DNA from: an uncultured archaeon | GTDB taxonomy: Archaea; Asgardarchaeota; Thorarchaeia; Thorarchaeales; Thorarchaeaceae | Assembly: GCA_964631415.1 (NCBI GenBank) | Contig: CAZVZC010000003.1 | Coordinates: forward strand, 1 to 53,225 | Direction of reading: 5' to 3' | DNA: 53,225 nt | Shown: positions 30,334 through 40,128 of the stretch, one piece after another | How positions within the stretch are numbered: position 1 is the stretch's first letter | Layout: every line of letters begins with the position of its first letter | Program-made: the position numbers and the translations under genes | Notes under the pieces: model-generated | Seen by the model: only the letters and a program-made list of their open reading frames with translations | The model's database searches: none | Told to the model about the DNA's origin: nothing

Positions 30334-30420
30334 AACATGATGGCTTCAATCACTGAACTGTTGAGGTCACAAGTCTTAAGTGGCGAGCTGAATGGTCACT
30401 CAGAGGTCTTGATTAACGAC

Positions 30421-30846
30421 ATGCCCGGGAAGATCTCAATCGAAACCAAGTGTGCCAAGTGTGAGAACGTCTTCGAGACCGAGATAATCGAGCATGTGGA
30501 CATGTCTGAGGACGGCGACCTGGCAAAGTCCTTGAAAACAGGCAAGGTCAATCGTGCTATATGCCCCAGGTGCAAGAAGGTCAACTACCCTGAGCGTGGC
30601 ATTGTCATCAACTTCGAGCCGGAAAGCCTCATCGTTGTCTTCGATCCTTCTGCCAAGTCTTCCCAAGCGAAAGAACAGCTGAAGAAGGACTATGACACAG
30701 TCGTGAACTTCAACGAGATACTTGCTGAAGTTGGCAAGGAAACAGAGTTCCGGGTCGTGTGCGAACTGGACGAACTCAAAGGTCTTGTCGACACATACGT
30801 CAAGAGTCACTGGCTGAGCGAATCACAGCCGCTTCTTCCCGAGTAG
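30421..30846 (+). CDS. CpXC-like zinc-binding protein
   Basis: CAKCENVF ... CPRC pattern. Start placed at ATG 30421. Confidence 0.7.
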   Translation: MPGKISIETKCAKCENVFETEIIEHVDMSEDGDLAKSLKTGKVNRAICPRCKKVNYPERGIVINFEPESLIVVFDPSAKSSQAKEQLKKDYDTVVNFNEILAEVGKETEFRVVCELDELKGLVDTYVKSHWLSESQPLLPE

Positions 30847-31887
30847 ATACTCCTCGACCCACCGTTCTGCCTTGTACATCGTTGTTGGAACAGGCGGCTT
30901 CTTGAACCCGTAGGCAGATATCGACTCCAAAGCTCCCCCGACTTCTCTAGTCAGTGCCAGCTTCGTCCCTCTGATCGCATCCATGAGGACTGGTCCTGCA
31001 TTGGGTCCGTCAGTCACTTCCATTCGAATGTCAATGGCAATCGGAGCACCTCCAAACTGCCTTCCGTAGATATAGAAGTAGGACTCACGCCCGTTGTTCA
31101 GAAAAGACACATAGTCTGAAGATCCCGCCACGAGGGGAGCCTCATATGGCAGATCCTGACTGATTGCGGCCGTCTTCACGTCTCGCTTTCTCATGCGGCC
31201 TCTGTAATGTGAGTCAAGCGATTCGGCACCTCCGCCCACGTCGAGTTGGTAGCTCTTGTCAACATGAACCCCCCGAGCCACCAACAGTTGAAGGATGCTT
31301 CGATGCAGCACTGTCGATCCGAGCTGATCTTGAATGTCATCACCAACAAGAGGAATCTTCCTCTCGGCGAACTTCTTACCCCATTCGGGGTCAGATGCGA
31401 TCGAAACCGGTGTACCGTTGATGAACGCACACCCTGCTTCAAGACAGGCATTCGCATAGAATGCTGTAGCCTCCTGTCCGGAACCCGGCAGCAGATTCAC
31501 TGCAATCTCTGCTCCAGAACTCTTCAACGCCTTGACAACATCGACTTCTGGGATTGGAGAGATTTTTACCAGTGTTCTCAGATTGTCGTCTACACCATCG
31601 AGCAGAGGCCCTCTCAGTACCTTCACACCAGTCTTCGGAACGTCTATGATGTGCATTACGTTGTTTGGCTCTGCGAATATGGCTGTGGCCAAGTCGGTGC
31701 CCACCTTCCGGTCAGTGACATCGAATGCGGCAACGAACTTTATGTCTCTCACGTGATATCCTGCGAAGTCTGGATGGTTCAGGCCAACTAGGTCACCATT
31801 CCCTTTTGCACCCTTGTAGAACTGGACACCTTGGACGAGGGCGCTGGCGCAGTTGCCAACTCCGAAGAGGGCCACCTTGATCTCCAT
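30823..31887 (-). CDS. ino1: Myo-inositol-1-phosphate synthase (archaeal/actinobacterial type)
   Basis: GVGNCASALVQG, VAAFDV, GDDIQDQLG, DGPNAG and FKKPP. Confidence 0.9.
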   Translation of the reverse strand: MEIKVALFGVGNCASALVQGVQFYKGAKGNGDLVGLNHPDFAGYHVRDIKFVAAFDVTDRKVGTDLATAIFAEPNNVMHIIDVPKTGVKVLRGPLLDGVDDNLRTLVKISPIPEVDVVKALKSSGAEIAVNLLPGSGQEATAFYANACLEAGCAFINGTPVSIASDPEWGKKFAERKIPLVGDDIQDQLGSTVLHRSILQLLVARGVHVDKSYQLDVGGGAESLDSHYRGRMRKRDVKTAAISQDLPYEAPLVAGSSDYVSFLNNGRESYFYIYGRQFGGAPIAIDIRMEVTDGPNAGPVLMDAIRGTKLALTREVGGALESISAYGFKKPPVPTTMYKAERWVEEYLLGKKRL

Positions 31888-32156
31888 TGGATACACCTCA
31901 AATTCGGAAACCTATCTGGTTCACGACTCAAAGCCCGAGTGTTATATGACCATATAAGTGTTATGAAGAAGTCTGATACCGATCATCAGTCAAAGGGCAA
32001 TCGTGGCCGAAAGGGGCACTTGTGCACCCGGGAAAGGTCGAATGATGAGTGTTCTGAAATGGTGAGAGAGCAAAACGGTCCCGTACAGAATTAGACTAAT
32101 ATGGAATCGAGCATACTGTGTATCCAAGCACAACTGTTGACGGGGTTTCGCGGGCA

Positions 32157-33689
32157 GTGAACAAGACCTTCAGTACTCGGTTTGTCATCTTGATCCTCCT
32201 GCTGCTAGGCGCTTTCTCAGTGGGCCAACCTGCATTGGAGCACGAGTATACACAGGGTGTTCAGAGAAACGCTTTGACCCAGACGGGGAAAACACTACTC
32301 ATCGGCTCTATGGAAGCCCCAATCCTCACTTGGAGTTCGCATGAAGATACGAATTGGTCACCCCTGAATGGTCATACCGTCGTGGAGGGTGACCACGTTC
32401 TCTTCCGTGCGTATTTCTCGGACTATTGGCTGCCACTAGGATCCAAGGTGACTTTCTGTGATATGTCCGTGTTTGAAGGATTCGGGCTGTATCTTCAGGG
32501 TAGACTGAAGATCCCTGATGAAGCGTACGATCCATTCAGCGGCACGGTTCAGGCAAACCAGTACACATGGCAGCAGGTTTCAGGGATTGAGCGAGGGTAC
32601 AATGTCACGATAACGCTCGATTTCATGAACAACGACACCGATCTCATGATGTGGTGGGCAGACACTAACTCCTCAGATTGGTCATATGGCAACAACCTGA
32701 TGGCAGATCAAATGGTTTCCGGAGCCCGTCCGGAGATTGGCACCTTTGTGGCAGACAGAAACGGTACGCTGGCAGTTTGCATATATGACCGCAGCAGAGA
32801 AGAAGGCAATTACACACTCTGGATTGACAGGAGGTATTACTATCTCAATGCGTCAGCATCCGGGGACGAAGTGCTTATTGACACGTATACGCTCGGAAAC
32901 AAATCTGAACTCATAGTGGTCGCGAATGCATACGGCGAAACAGGACCCCTGCTGTCGGGTGCGGCTGTTGCCGGTGTCACTGTCTGCAACTTGTTCGCCC
33001 CCCGGATCACTGACATCAGGATTGATGGACTCGGCGCCCTCAAGAATGTGAGCTGGACCATTGTCGATCGGAACGCGGGTGAAAGCCACGTAAGTGAAGT
33101 GTGGTTGTCTCCCGATAGTGGAGTATCGTTTTACATCCTTGCGTCGAACCTCACAGAATCATATTACTTGTGGGACTCAACGGGTTATTTGGCTCGAGAC
33201 ACATACGTTTTCAGGGTGAGAACAAGAGACAGCAGTGATCTCTGCGGCGAGGCTCGTTCCGCGTCCTTTACTCACACTCAGAACCCGGGTCAGCCGGTGC
33301 ATGTCAGCTTTGGTCAGCCTGACAACATCACCTACGTGGAAGGATCCACAGGACACTACATTCCCTGGCAACCCGACAGTATTGGCCCGTTCGAGTATGA
33401 GGTTCTCAGGAATGAAACTCATTATGCAAATGGTACTTGGTCAAGTTCGGTCACCCAGACAGGTAGTTACATGAATGTGTATGTTGACGGGCTTGCTGCT
33501 GGCGTGCACATGTTCAGGATAGCCGCTGTTTCGACAGGGTACTCAGGAGAAGACATCGTCTATGTGACTGTGACTCAAGGAACAAGTCCATCTCTTGCAA
33601 TGCCAAGTGCTCTCATAACGGGTGCGTGTATTAGTGTCATCGTGGTCTTCTCAGTTGCTATAGTCCGGGAAAGGGCGGCAAACAGATAG
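32157..33689 (+). CDS. Secreted/surface glycoprotein with beta-sandwich (FN3/Ig-like) domains and C-terminal membrane anchor
   Basis: Signal-like N-terminus, many NxS/T sequons, YVFRVR strand and C-terminal TM. Confidence 0.75.
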   Translation: MNKTFSTRFVILILLLLGAFSVGQPALEHEYTQGVQRNALTQTGKTLLIGSMEAPILTWSSHEDTNWSPLNGHTVVEGDHVLFRAYFSDYWLPLGSKVTFCDMSVFEGFGLYLQGRLKIPDEAYDPFSGTVQANQYTWQQVSGIERGYNVTITLDFMNNDTDLMMWWADTNSSDWSYGNNLMADQMVSGARPEIGTFVADRNGTLAVCIYDRSREEGNYTLWIDRRYYYLNASASGDEVLIDTYTLGNKSELIVVANAYGETGPLLSGAAVAGVTVCNLFAPRITDIRIDGLGALKNVSWTIVDRNAGESHVSEVWLSPDSGVSFYILASNLTESYYLWDSTGYLARDTYVFRVRTRDSSDLCGEARSASFTHTQNPGQPVHVSFGQPDNITYVEGSTGHYIPWQPDSIGPFEYEVLRNETHYANGTWSSSVTQTGSYMNVYVDGLAAGVHMFRIAAVSTGYSGEDIVYVTVTQGTSPSLAMPSALITGACISVIVVFSVAIVRERAANR

Positions 33690-33740
33690 CAAGCAGCACG
33701 CAGTAGCCAGAAAGATAGCCCAGTTTATGGCCTGTCAACG

Positions 33741-33769
33741 AATGCAGTTTCTTTTTTTTGGACTGCATT
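33741..33769. terminator. Hairpin with T-run between convergent genes
   Basis: AATGCAGT-N13 (T-rich)-ACTGCATT. Confidence 0.5.
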
Positions 33770-33824
33770 TGCTCCTCTTGTAGATATGGCAGAAACCCAG
33801 GCCCAAAGATTTCTCGGCCCATGA

Positions 33825-34961
33825 TTATTCTTCTATTCCTTCCTGTATCTGACGAATAGCACTAATGCTAGGAACTACTATTGCGCCCACAGTAACGATT
33901 GTCAGACCAATGAGAAATGGAGATTCTTCTCCACTTATCGTACTCATACTAGTTGATTCATTTGCAGCTTCAATCTGAAGAATCTCCAAACCATCTTCTC
34001 CATCCGCAACAAAGACCAAGTCATCAACTACTTCTAGGTTTGTAGCACTCCCGCCATCGAAATAACGACCAATTTCAGTGATATTAGCAGAGTTCTTGGC
34101 AGTCAGGACTTCCAAACCATCATCCCTGTCAGCAATTATCATGTAATCCTCAAAGAACTCCAAGTCAACAGCATTTCCTCCATCGTAATAACCACCTATC
34201 TCCACGAGAGAATCGGGATTGCTGATATTGAAGATCTTAACGCCCCCGTACGAACACATCATGTAGGCGATATCTCCGACAAGATCAATGGAAAAAATCT
34301 CGCCGTCGATTGTGTACTCAGCGATTTCCTCTATGCTAGATAAGTCAGAGATGTTCAGGATTTTTAGTGCCTTTTCAGATGCGGAAATGTAATCAGGAAC
34401 ATACGCCAAATCATTGTTCACTTCAACATTGAAGATATAGCTAATACCTGTGTCATACTGGAATGATTCTTGGGGGTGCGTTGGATCAGTTATATTCACA
34501 ATTTCAAGTCCGTCTTCAAAGTCAGCCAAGAAGGCGAAGTCCTCACAGATCTCGAAAGCCCCAACTTCCCCTCCATCATGGAATTCACCTACAAGCGTTG
34601 GGTTCTCCAAATCTGAAACATCTATTATCTTGAGTCCTTCAGTATAATCCGCCAAATACACTAGATTCTCTTCGACATAGATATCGTGAATGTGATCTAT
34701 GGATTCATTGTATCGGCTTAGTTCCGTTGGATTATCAGGATTTGAGATATCGATGATGTACAGACCAGCTTCAGAGGCTGATACATATGCGGTATCATCT
34801 TGCACATGTACACTTGCAGCCCATCCAGTGGTTTCCATCTGCCCAATCTCCGTTAGTTCCAGCCCCTGATCCGACTGAGCATCTGCATAACTTCCCACAC
34901 TGTAATTCAAGAGTGCAGCGATTAGAAGGCTGCCAACTAGTAGGAGTCCTGTTCTCTTCAC
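33825..34961 (-). CDS. LVIVD-repeat beta-propeller surface protein
   Basis: Six repeats of the AYV...GLxIxDIS.P type, with signal peptide and C-terminal TM. Confidence 0.88.
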   Translation of the reverse strand: MKRTGLLLVGSLLIAALLNYSVGSYADAQSDQGLELTEIGQMETTGWAASVHVQDDTAYVSASEAGLYIIDISNPDNPTELSRYNESIDHIHDIYVEENLVYLADYTEGLKIIDVSDLENPTLVGEFHDGGEVGAFEICEDFAFLADFEDGLEIVNITDPTHPQESFQYDTGISYIFNVEVNNDLAYVPDYISASEKALKILNISDLSSIEEIAEYTIDGEIFSIDLVGDIAYMMCSYGGVKIFNISNPDSLVEIGGYYDGGNAVDLEFFEDYMIIADRDDGLEVLTAKNSANITEIGRYFDGGSATNLEVVDDLVFVADGEDGLEILQIEAANESTSMSTISGEESPFLIGLTIVTVGAIVVPSISAIRQIQEGIEE

Positions 34962-35210
34962 GTGACATGCCCTTCTGGTCTTGTCTTCTACCTTTGGAGA
35001 AACTCAGTACGAAATCGCTAACACGACTCAGATTGGCGCACGACGCTGTCTGTCTAATAAGGAATCGTTTCATAGCAATCGTTACTATTGTGGTGGACAA
35101 TGGTCAACCCCGGTGGCTCCACAACTGTGAGCAATGCTTGGCGTCAGTCAACTGGTGATTTGTCAAAGCAATCCAGTATCAGTCTGCTCAGGATTTCGTA
35201 CTCTATGAAC

Positions 35211-36374
35211 TCACTGAAGGCTGGCGGCTAGAAGACCAACTACATCAAGGACGGCTATTCTGCTCCCAAGAAGGTCCTTCCCGGCATTGAGGTTATGCTC
35301 ACAGAACGGACACGAGGTGGCGATCACCTCCGCGCCAACCGCCTCTGCTGCCTTGATACGGTCTGCCGCGATTCTCTTGGCGAGATCAGGAGCAAACGAC
35401 CTCAGACCGCCACCGGCTCCACAACATATGGCCGCCTGTCTGTTAGGATCCATTTCAACAAGCTCGACGCCAGGAATGGCTCGAAGGACGTCGCGGGGGC
35501 TCTCATAGATGCTCAGTTCCCGTCCCAAGTGGCATGGGTCATGGTAGGTGACCTTTGTGACTTCCTTGAGCGGTTTCGGACGAATCCTGCCTTCCTTGAT
35601 CAGTTCCTGAACAAACTCGGTGATGTGTAAGACTGGCGGTAGCTCCAAGCCAAAGCGCTTGGGATAGTCGGTTTTCAGCGCTCTCAAGCATCCGGCACAC
35701 GAAACAATCACCTTCTCAGCTCCAGTTTCAGCTATAGACTCGACCAAACGGAGAGCATTGTCCTTGGCCTCGCTTATTCGTCCAGTCCTCAGCATGACCG
35801 ACCCGCAGCACGGCTCATTCTCCATGACTGAGAAATCCACCTTGGCCGCTCTCAGGACACGGGCTGTTGACTTGGCGACCTCGGGCAGCCTCAGCCCCGT
35901 TGTGCAGCCCACGAAGTACAGTGTCTTCCCTTTGGTGGGTATCCTGAACCCTAGCTCATGTACCCACTTGCGTTTCATAGCACTGTCTTCGGAATACGGG
36001 TTTCCTCTGGCTGCAATAGCTTCAGCAACAGAGTCGCGAGTCGCGTTAGGTATGCCAACAAGAGCTTCGCGGGTCTTCTCGATTGCGTCCTTTGCGTTGA
36101 ACTCTGCCGCGCAGATCTGAGTGCAGTTACCGCAGAGTGTGCAAGTGTACAGGGACTCAGCGTTCTCTGGCGTCCTGTCTAATGTACCATCGAGCAGAGC
36201 CAATGCGACCTGTACCTTCCCTCTCATGAAACTGGTTTCAAAACCACTTGAGTTCTTCCAAACAGGGCAGACGCCGTTGAAACCCTCCGCCTCATAGACA
36301 GCGTTCCGACAGATTCCGCATCTACGACATTGGAGAAGCTCCTCTCTGAGCTGGTCTAGGTCCACACTGGCCAT
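35211..36374 (-). CDS. Fe-S oxidoreductase (GlcF/HdrD-like, two 4Fe-4S + CCG domains)
   Basis: CRRCGIC, CTLCGNCTQIC, PCCG, YHDPCHLGR, CCGAGG and CPFC. Confidence 0.9.
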   Translation of the reverse strand: MASVDLDQLREELLQCRRCGICRNAVYEAEGFNGVCPVWKNSSGFETSFMRGKVQVALALLDGTLDRTPENAESLYTCTLCGNCTQICAAEFNAKDAIEKTREALVGIPNATRDSVAEAIAARGNPYSEDSAMKRKWVHELGFRIPTKGKTLYFVGCTTGLRLPEVAKSTARVLRAAKVDFSVMENEPCCGSVMLRTGRISEAKDNALRLVESIAETGAEKVIVSCAGCLRALKTDYPKRFGLELPPVLHITEFVQELIKEGRIRPKPLKEVTKVTYHDPCHLGRELSIYESPRDVLRAIPGVELVEMDPNRQAAICCGAGGGLRSFAPDLAKRIAADRIKAAEAVGAEVIATSCPFCEHNLNAGKDLLGSRIAVLDVVGLLAASLQ

Positions 36375-36375
36375 T

Positions 36376-37782
36376 TCACACACCTCCAATCACGCCCGGG
36401 TTCAGAATCCCTTTGGGGTCCAAGAGCTTCTTCAGTGATGCAATGAAGCTCACATAGTCCTCCATCTCGGAAACCCCGTCAGTCCAGTAGGGAGCCAACT
36501 TGAATGGGACTGCACCGGTCTTGAAGAGGCGCTGCGCCAGCTCCGCGTGGGCGTTTCTGGCCTTCTGCTCATCGTCTTCGTCGGCAGGATCAAAGAAGAG
36601 CATCGGGTAGAAATTGTAGGAGCCGTGGTCCGTCAGGAAACCGGCAGTATGACCCACGATACCGAACTTGTCCATGACCTCCCAGATCTCTTGAATCGAC
36701 TTGTGCCAGCTAACAGGCGGCTGATGGTGATACAGAATCCTCCAGTGCCACCCATGGGCGTACGAAGATCTCGCAAAAACCCACATTCGGTCTTCCCATT
36801 CACCCTTTGGAAGCTCAGAGATGCCAATGACCTCTCCTCCAATCTCTGTGCATATCCTCTTTGCTTCCTCGGCGTCACTCCGGAGCTGGTCTTCCCGCAA
36901 TCTTCCGATGGTCACTGAAACAGTAAACGGCGGCCACTCGTGTTTGGGAATACCATACTCATCACCAAGCATGTCCATGAAGAACTCGAGAATGCGCCCC
37001 TCGTATACGGATACGAACAGAGCATTGACATCATTCTCTCTGAGTTTTAGCAGGAACGTCTCCGCTCTAGAAACATCGTCAAAGCCGAAGGTGTTGTAGT
37101 AGAAATGGTGTATGCGTCTGAAGGTCTTGAGTGACACCTTGGTGATGATTCCAAAGCCACCGAGTGACCCGATGAACAGGCCTGTCAGGTCCGGGCCGAA
37201 TGCATACCTTATGAAGGGCCCAAGTGCATTGGGGTTTGCCTCAGAACCTGTCTGAATGACCTCTCCACTCGCGAGAACAACCTCGAGTCCCAGAACCATC
37301 TCCGCGATGCAACCATGTACGCTCGACCCTGGACCTGCTCCATTCACTGCAACATTCCCCGCCACCGTACAAACAAGGGATGACTCCGGGTAGACTGGCA
37401 CCCAGAGATTGTACGGGCTCAGGAACTTGTCCAACATACCAAAGGTCACTCCGGCACCTACGGTGACTGATCTGAGATCCTCGTATAGGCTAATCTTATC
37501 GAATCTCATGAGCTCGACAACGAGACTGTCCGGCTTGGGGATGACTTCACCCTGAAGGCTTGAGCCGCCGGACCTAGGAACCACAGTGATTCCATTCTCA
37601 TTGGCAAGTCTGATTATCCTCGAAACCTCTTCACAGTTTGCTGGGCGAACGACTGCCCCTGGCAATGTGGAGTCATAGCCTATAGAAGCAGATGCAGAGT
37701 AAGTGAGAAGGACATCCTTCCGCGTGGAAACATACTCATCACCCACAATCTCAGCTAGCTGTTTCACTATCCTCTGGTCCAT
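36376..37782 (-). CDS. FAD-binding oxidoreductase (VAO/PCMH, GlcD-like)
   Basis: PRSGGSS, TVAGNVAVNG, LFIGSLGGFGIIT and DPKGILNPG. Confidence 0.9.
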   Translation of the reverse strand: MDQRIVKQLAEIVGDEYVSTRKDVLLTYSASASIGYDSTLPGAVVRPANCEEVSRIIRLANENGITVVPRSGGSSLQGEVIPKPDSLVVELMRFDKISLYEDLRSVTVGAGVTFGMLDKFLSPYNLWVPVYPESSLVCTVAGNVAVNGAGPGSSVHGCIAEMVLGLEVVLASGEVIQTGSEANPNALGPFIRYAFGPDLTGLFIGSLGGFGIITKVSLKTFRRIHHFYYNTFGFDDVSRAETFLLKLRENDVNALFVSVYEGRILEFFMDMLGDEYGIPKHEWPPFTVSVTIGRLREDQLRSDAEEAKRICTEIGGEVIGISELPKGEWEDRMWVFARSSYAHGWHWRILYHHQPPVSWHKSIQEIWEVMDKFGIVGHTAGFLTDHGSYNFYPMLFFDPADEDDEQKARNAHAELAQRLFKTGAVPFKLAPYWTDGVSEMEDYVSFIASLKKLLDPKGILNPGVIGGV

Positions 37783-37809
37783 AGGTAATGCCTCCGCACG
37801 GGTTGTCCC

Positions 37810-38136
37810 CTAGAAGATGTGACGTATCTTCATCAAATCACTCGCAGAGCCCTTGACCTTGAGCTTCCGAGTCAAGAGTGCGTTGGCAGCACTCATCTGC
37901 TCCAGGAACAGCTTCCGTATCGTGTCATCGTCACTCTCGATTCTCATATCCGGATTGTCAATCGCACCCAAATCCACCGTGATCTTGCTGTCCTTGACTA
38001 AGAAGTGATAGGTGCGTCCGTCCTTCAGAGTGAGCTGTGCGGTTTTCTGCCAGCCTTCGATTGCCTCGAGTGTCTTCTGGCGCTGTAACCCAACAGATAT
38101 TCTCTGTCGCATAAGCTCAAGCAGGTCTTCACTCAT
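37810..38136 (-). CDS. SCP2 sterol/lipid-binding domain protein
   Basis: PDMRI...ALLTRKLKVKGS..LMKI. Confidence 0.8.
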   Translation of the reverse strand: MSEDLLELMRQRISVGLQRQKTLEAIEGWQKTAQLTLKDGRTYHFLVKDSKITVDLGAIDNPDMRIESDDDTIRKLFLEQMSAANALLTRKLKVKGSASDLMKIRHIF

Positions 38137-38399
38137 TGTTCTCTGTCTCCTAGGTTAGGCGCGCATCTGCCCGTTTTAGTTGTTTCCCTCCGAAACAGAA
38201 GGATTTCGACAGTCAGCGAACCATGCTCGTCGCAGACGGCCTTCTTAGAAGTCTCTGACGTCTGCTCGCTTGACCAGGCCTGCAGGTCAGCTGTCAATAC
38301 TACTTCCAGCTCGCCTATCCAAGATTCTGTTTGGATCTCTGGGGCATCATTCAGATTATTCGACGCGAAAGAGGCGGGAGTAGGTCCAGAGAGAACCTA

Positions 38400-39053
38400 C
38401 TACTTCTTTCTGTATTTCCTGACGATCTCGAGGAACTTTTTGACGTTCTCAGTTATTATGTCGTAGCGTCCCTCTTTGATGGCCTTGGAATCTGCTATCG
38501 CACTGCCTACTCCCAGAGCAAAGGCTCCGGCCTCGAGCAGCGGCCCGGCCGTTTGCAGGTCAACTCCTCCAGTCGGTATCAATGGTATGTGAGGAAGAGG
38601 AGCTCTGACCGCTTTGATGTACGCTGCTCCGCCCACCTCACCACATGGGAAGACCTTGACAGCATCAGCACCCCACGTATATGCTTGGAGTATTTCTGTA
38701 GGAGTCAGCGCGCCGGGGAAACACGGTTTTGCATACCTTCGAGAGATCTCAATCAGCTCTTTGGAGTACGAAGGAGCCACGATGAACTCGCTGCCAGCTA
38801 GAATGGCTCTTCGGGCAGTTTCCGGATCCAGCACGGTTCCTGTACCTACCAGAACCTTGTCGCCCACCTTCTCTGTCAGCTTCTGAACGACATCCGTAGC
38901 TCCGGGCACACTGAAAGTCACCTCGATGATGTTCACCCCTCCGTTGAGGAGTGCATCTGCAACCTTCATTGCGATATCAGCGGACTCCACTCTGATGATT
39001 GGAATCAGCGCTGTGTCATGTACTAGCTTCATTGCGTCTTGCTTGTCCCACAT
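38400..39053 (-). CDS. eda: KDPG/KHG aldolase
   Basis: IEVT, GTGTVLD, PGALTPTE, VKVFP (Schiff-base Lys) and PTGGV. Confidence 0.92.
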   Translation of the reverse strand: MWDKQDAMKLVHDTALIPIIRVESADIAMKVADALLNGGVNIIEVTFSVPGATDVVQKLTEKVGDKVLVGTGTVLDPETARRAILAGSEFIVAPSYSKELIEISRRYAKPCFPGALTPTEILQAYTWGADAVKVFPCGEVGGAAYIKAVRAPLPHIPLIPTGGVDLQTAGPLLEAGAFALGVGSAIADSKAIKEGRYDIITENVKKFLEIVRKYRKK

Positions 39054-39065
39054 TCTTGTTCTCAC

Positions 39066-40058
39066 CTACCTCTGAATGCGAAGCCCTGAAGCTCCTTTCA
39101 TCAGGCTCTCCACCTCGGACTTGTAGATGTAGGCAAGGTCACCGGGCACTGAGTGCTTCAGAGCGGACAAAGCAGCTCCGAACTCTACAGCTTTCTGAAG
39201 GTCCTTGAGTTCAAGGTAGCCGTAGATGAACCCGGCACTGCAGGAGTCACCTCCGCCCAGCCTGTCAACAATCTCAACATCGTAGGTCGGACTGCGGTAG
39301 ATTTTGCCCTTGGAGTAGGCAAACACCGACCACTTGTTCAGCCACACAAGTGGTGTTTCACGAAGCGTGATGACGACCGCTTCGAAGCCGAACTTGTCGG
39401 CGAGTTTCCTTGCCACCTCTTCATAGTCCTTGCCTTCAATACCATAGACGACCTTCGTATCCTCTTCTGTCGTGATCAGTATGTCGATCATCTTTGAGGC
39501 GGGTTCGGCGAAAGCCCTAGCCTGCTCCGGCGTCCAGAGCTTGCCACGATAGTTGACATCGAACGACACCTTGCATCCCTGCTCGTGCGCTATCCTGAGA
39601 GCCTCCTCTGTCGCCTTTGCGCAGTTGGGGCTCAAAGCAGGAGTGATCCCGCTTGTGTGAAACAGCCTCGTACCCTTGAGAATCTCGGACCAGCGAATCT
39701 CTCCGGGCTTCAGCTTACTGATTGCAGACTGTTCTCTGTCGTATATCACGCGCTGGCTTCTGGGGGCTGCACCGAACTCAACGAAGTAGACACCACAGCG
39801 ACTATTTGGGTCCCAGAGGACGTTTGATGTATCGACACCTTGCTCACGCGCCTTGTTCCGGATGAAGTGACCAATCGAGTTGTCGCCCAGCTTGGTCACA
39901 TAGGCCGTCCTTAGGCCCATCCTCGCACACGCGACAGCTACATTCATCTCAGCGCCGCCTGCATGCGCGTTGAAAGCAGTGGTCTGCTCAAAGCGCATGA
40001 AGTTGGGCGGCGATAACCTAAGCATCACCTCTCCAAAGGTTACAACGTCGAAACCCAT
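39066..40058 (-). CDS. kdgK: 2-keto-3-deoxygluconate kinase (PfkB family)
   Basis: FGEVMLRLSPP, GAEMNVA, FHTSGITPALS, DVNYRGKLW and VDRLGGGD. Confidence 0.88.
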   Translation of the reverse strand: MGFDVVTFGEVMLRLSPPNFMRFEQTTAFNAHAGGAEMNVAVACARMGLRTAYVTKLGDNSIGHFIRNKAREQGVDTSNVLWDPNSRCGVYFVEFGAAPRSQRVIYDREQSAISKLKPGEIRWSEILKGTRLFHTSGITPALSPNCAKATEEALRIAHEQGCKVSFDVNYRGKLWTPEQARAFAEPASKMIDILITTEEDTKVVYGIEGKDYEEVARKLADKFGFEAVVITLRETPLVWLNKWSVFAYSKGKIYRSPTYDVEIVDRLGGGDSCSAGFIYGYLELKDLQKAVEFGAALSALKHSVPGDLAYIYKSEVESLMKGASGLRIQR

Positions 40059-40128
40059 CGGTTCACACTCCGACAGTTTAACTGACCAGCACATCTGATG
40101 TCTTCATGTTAAAGCTGTCGCTGAAACC

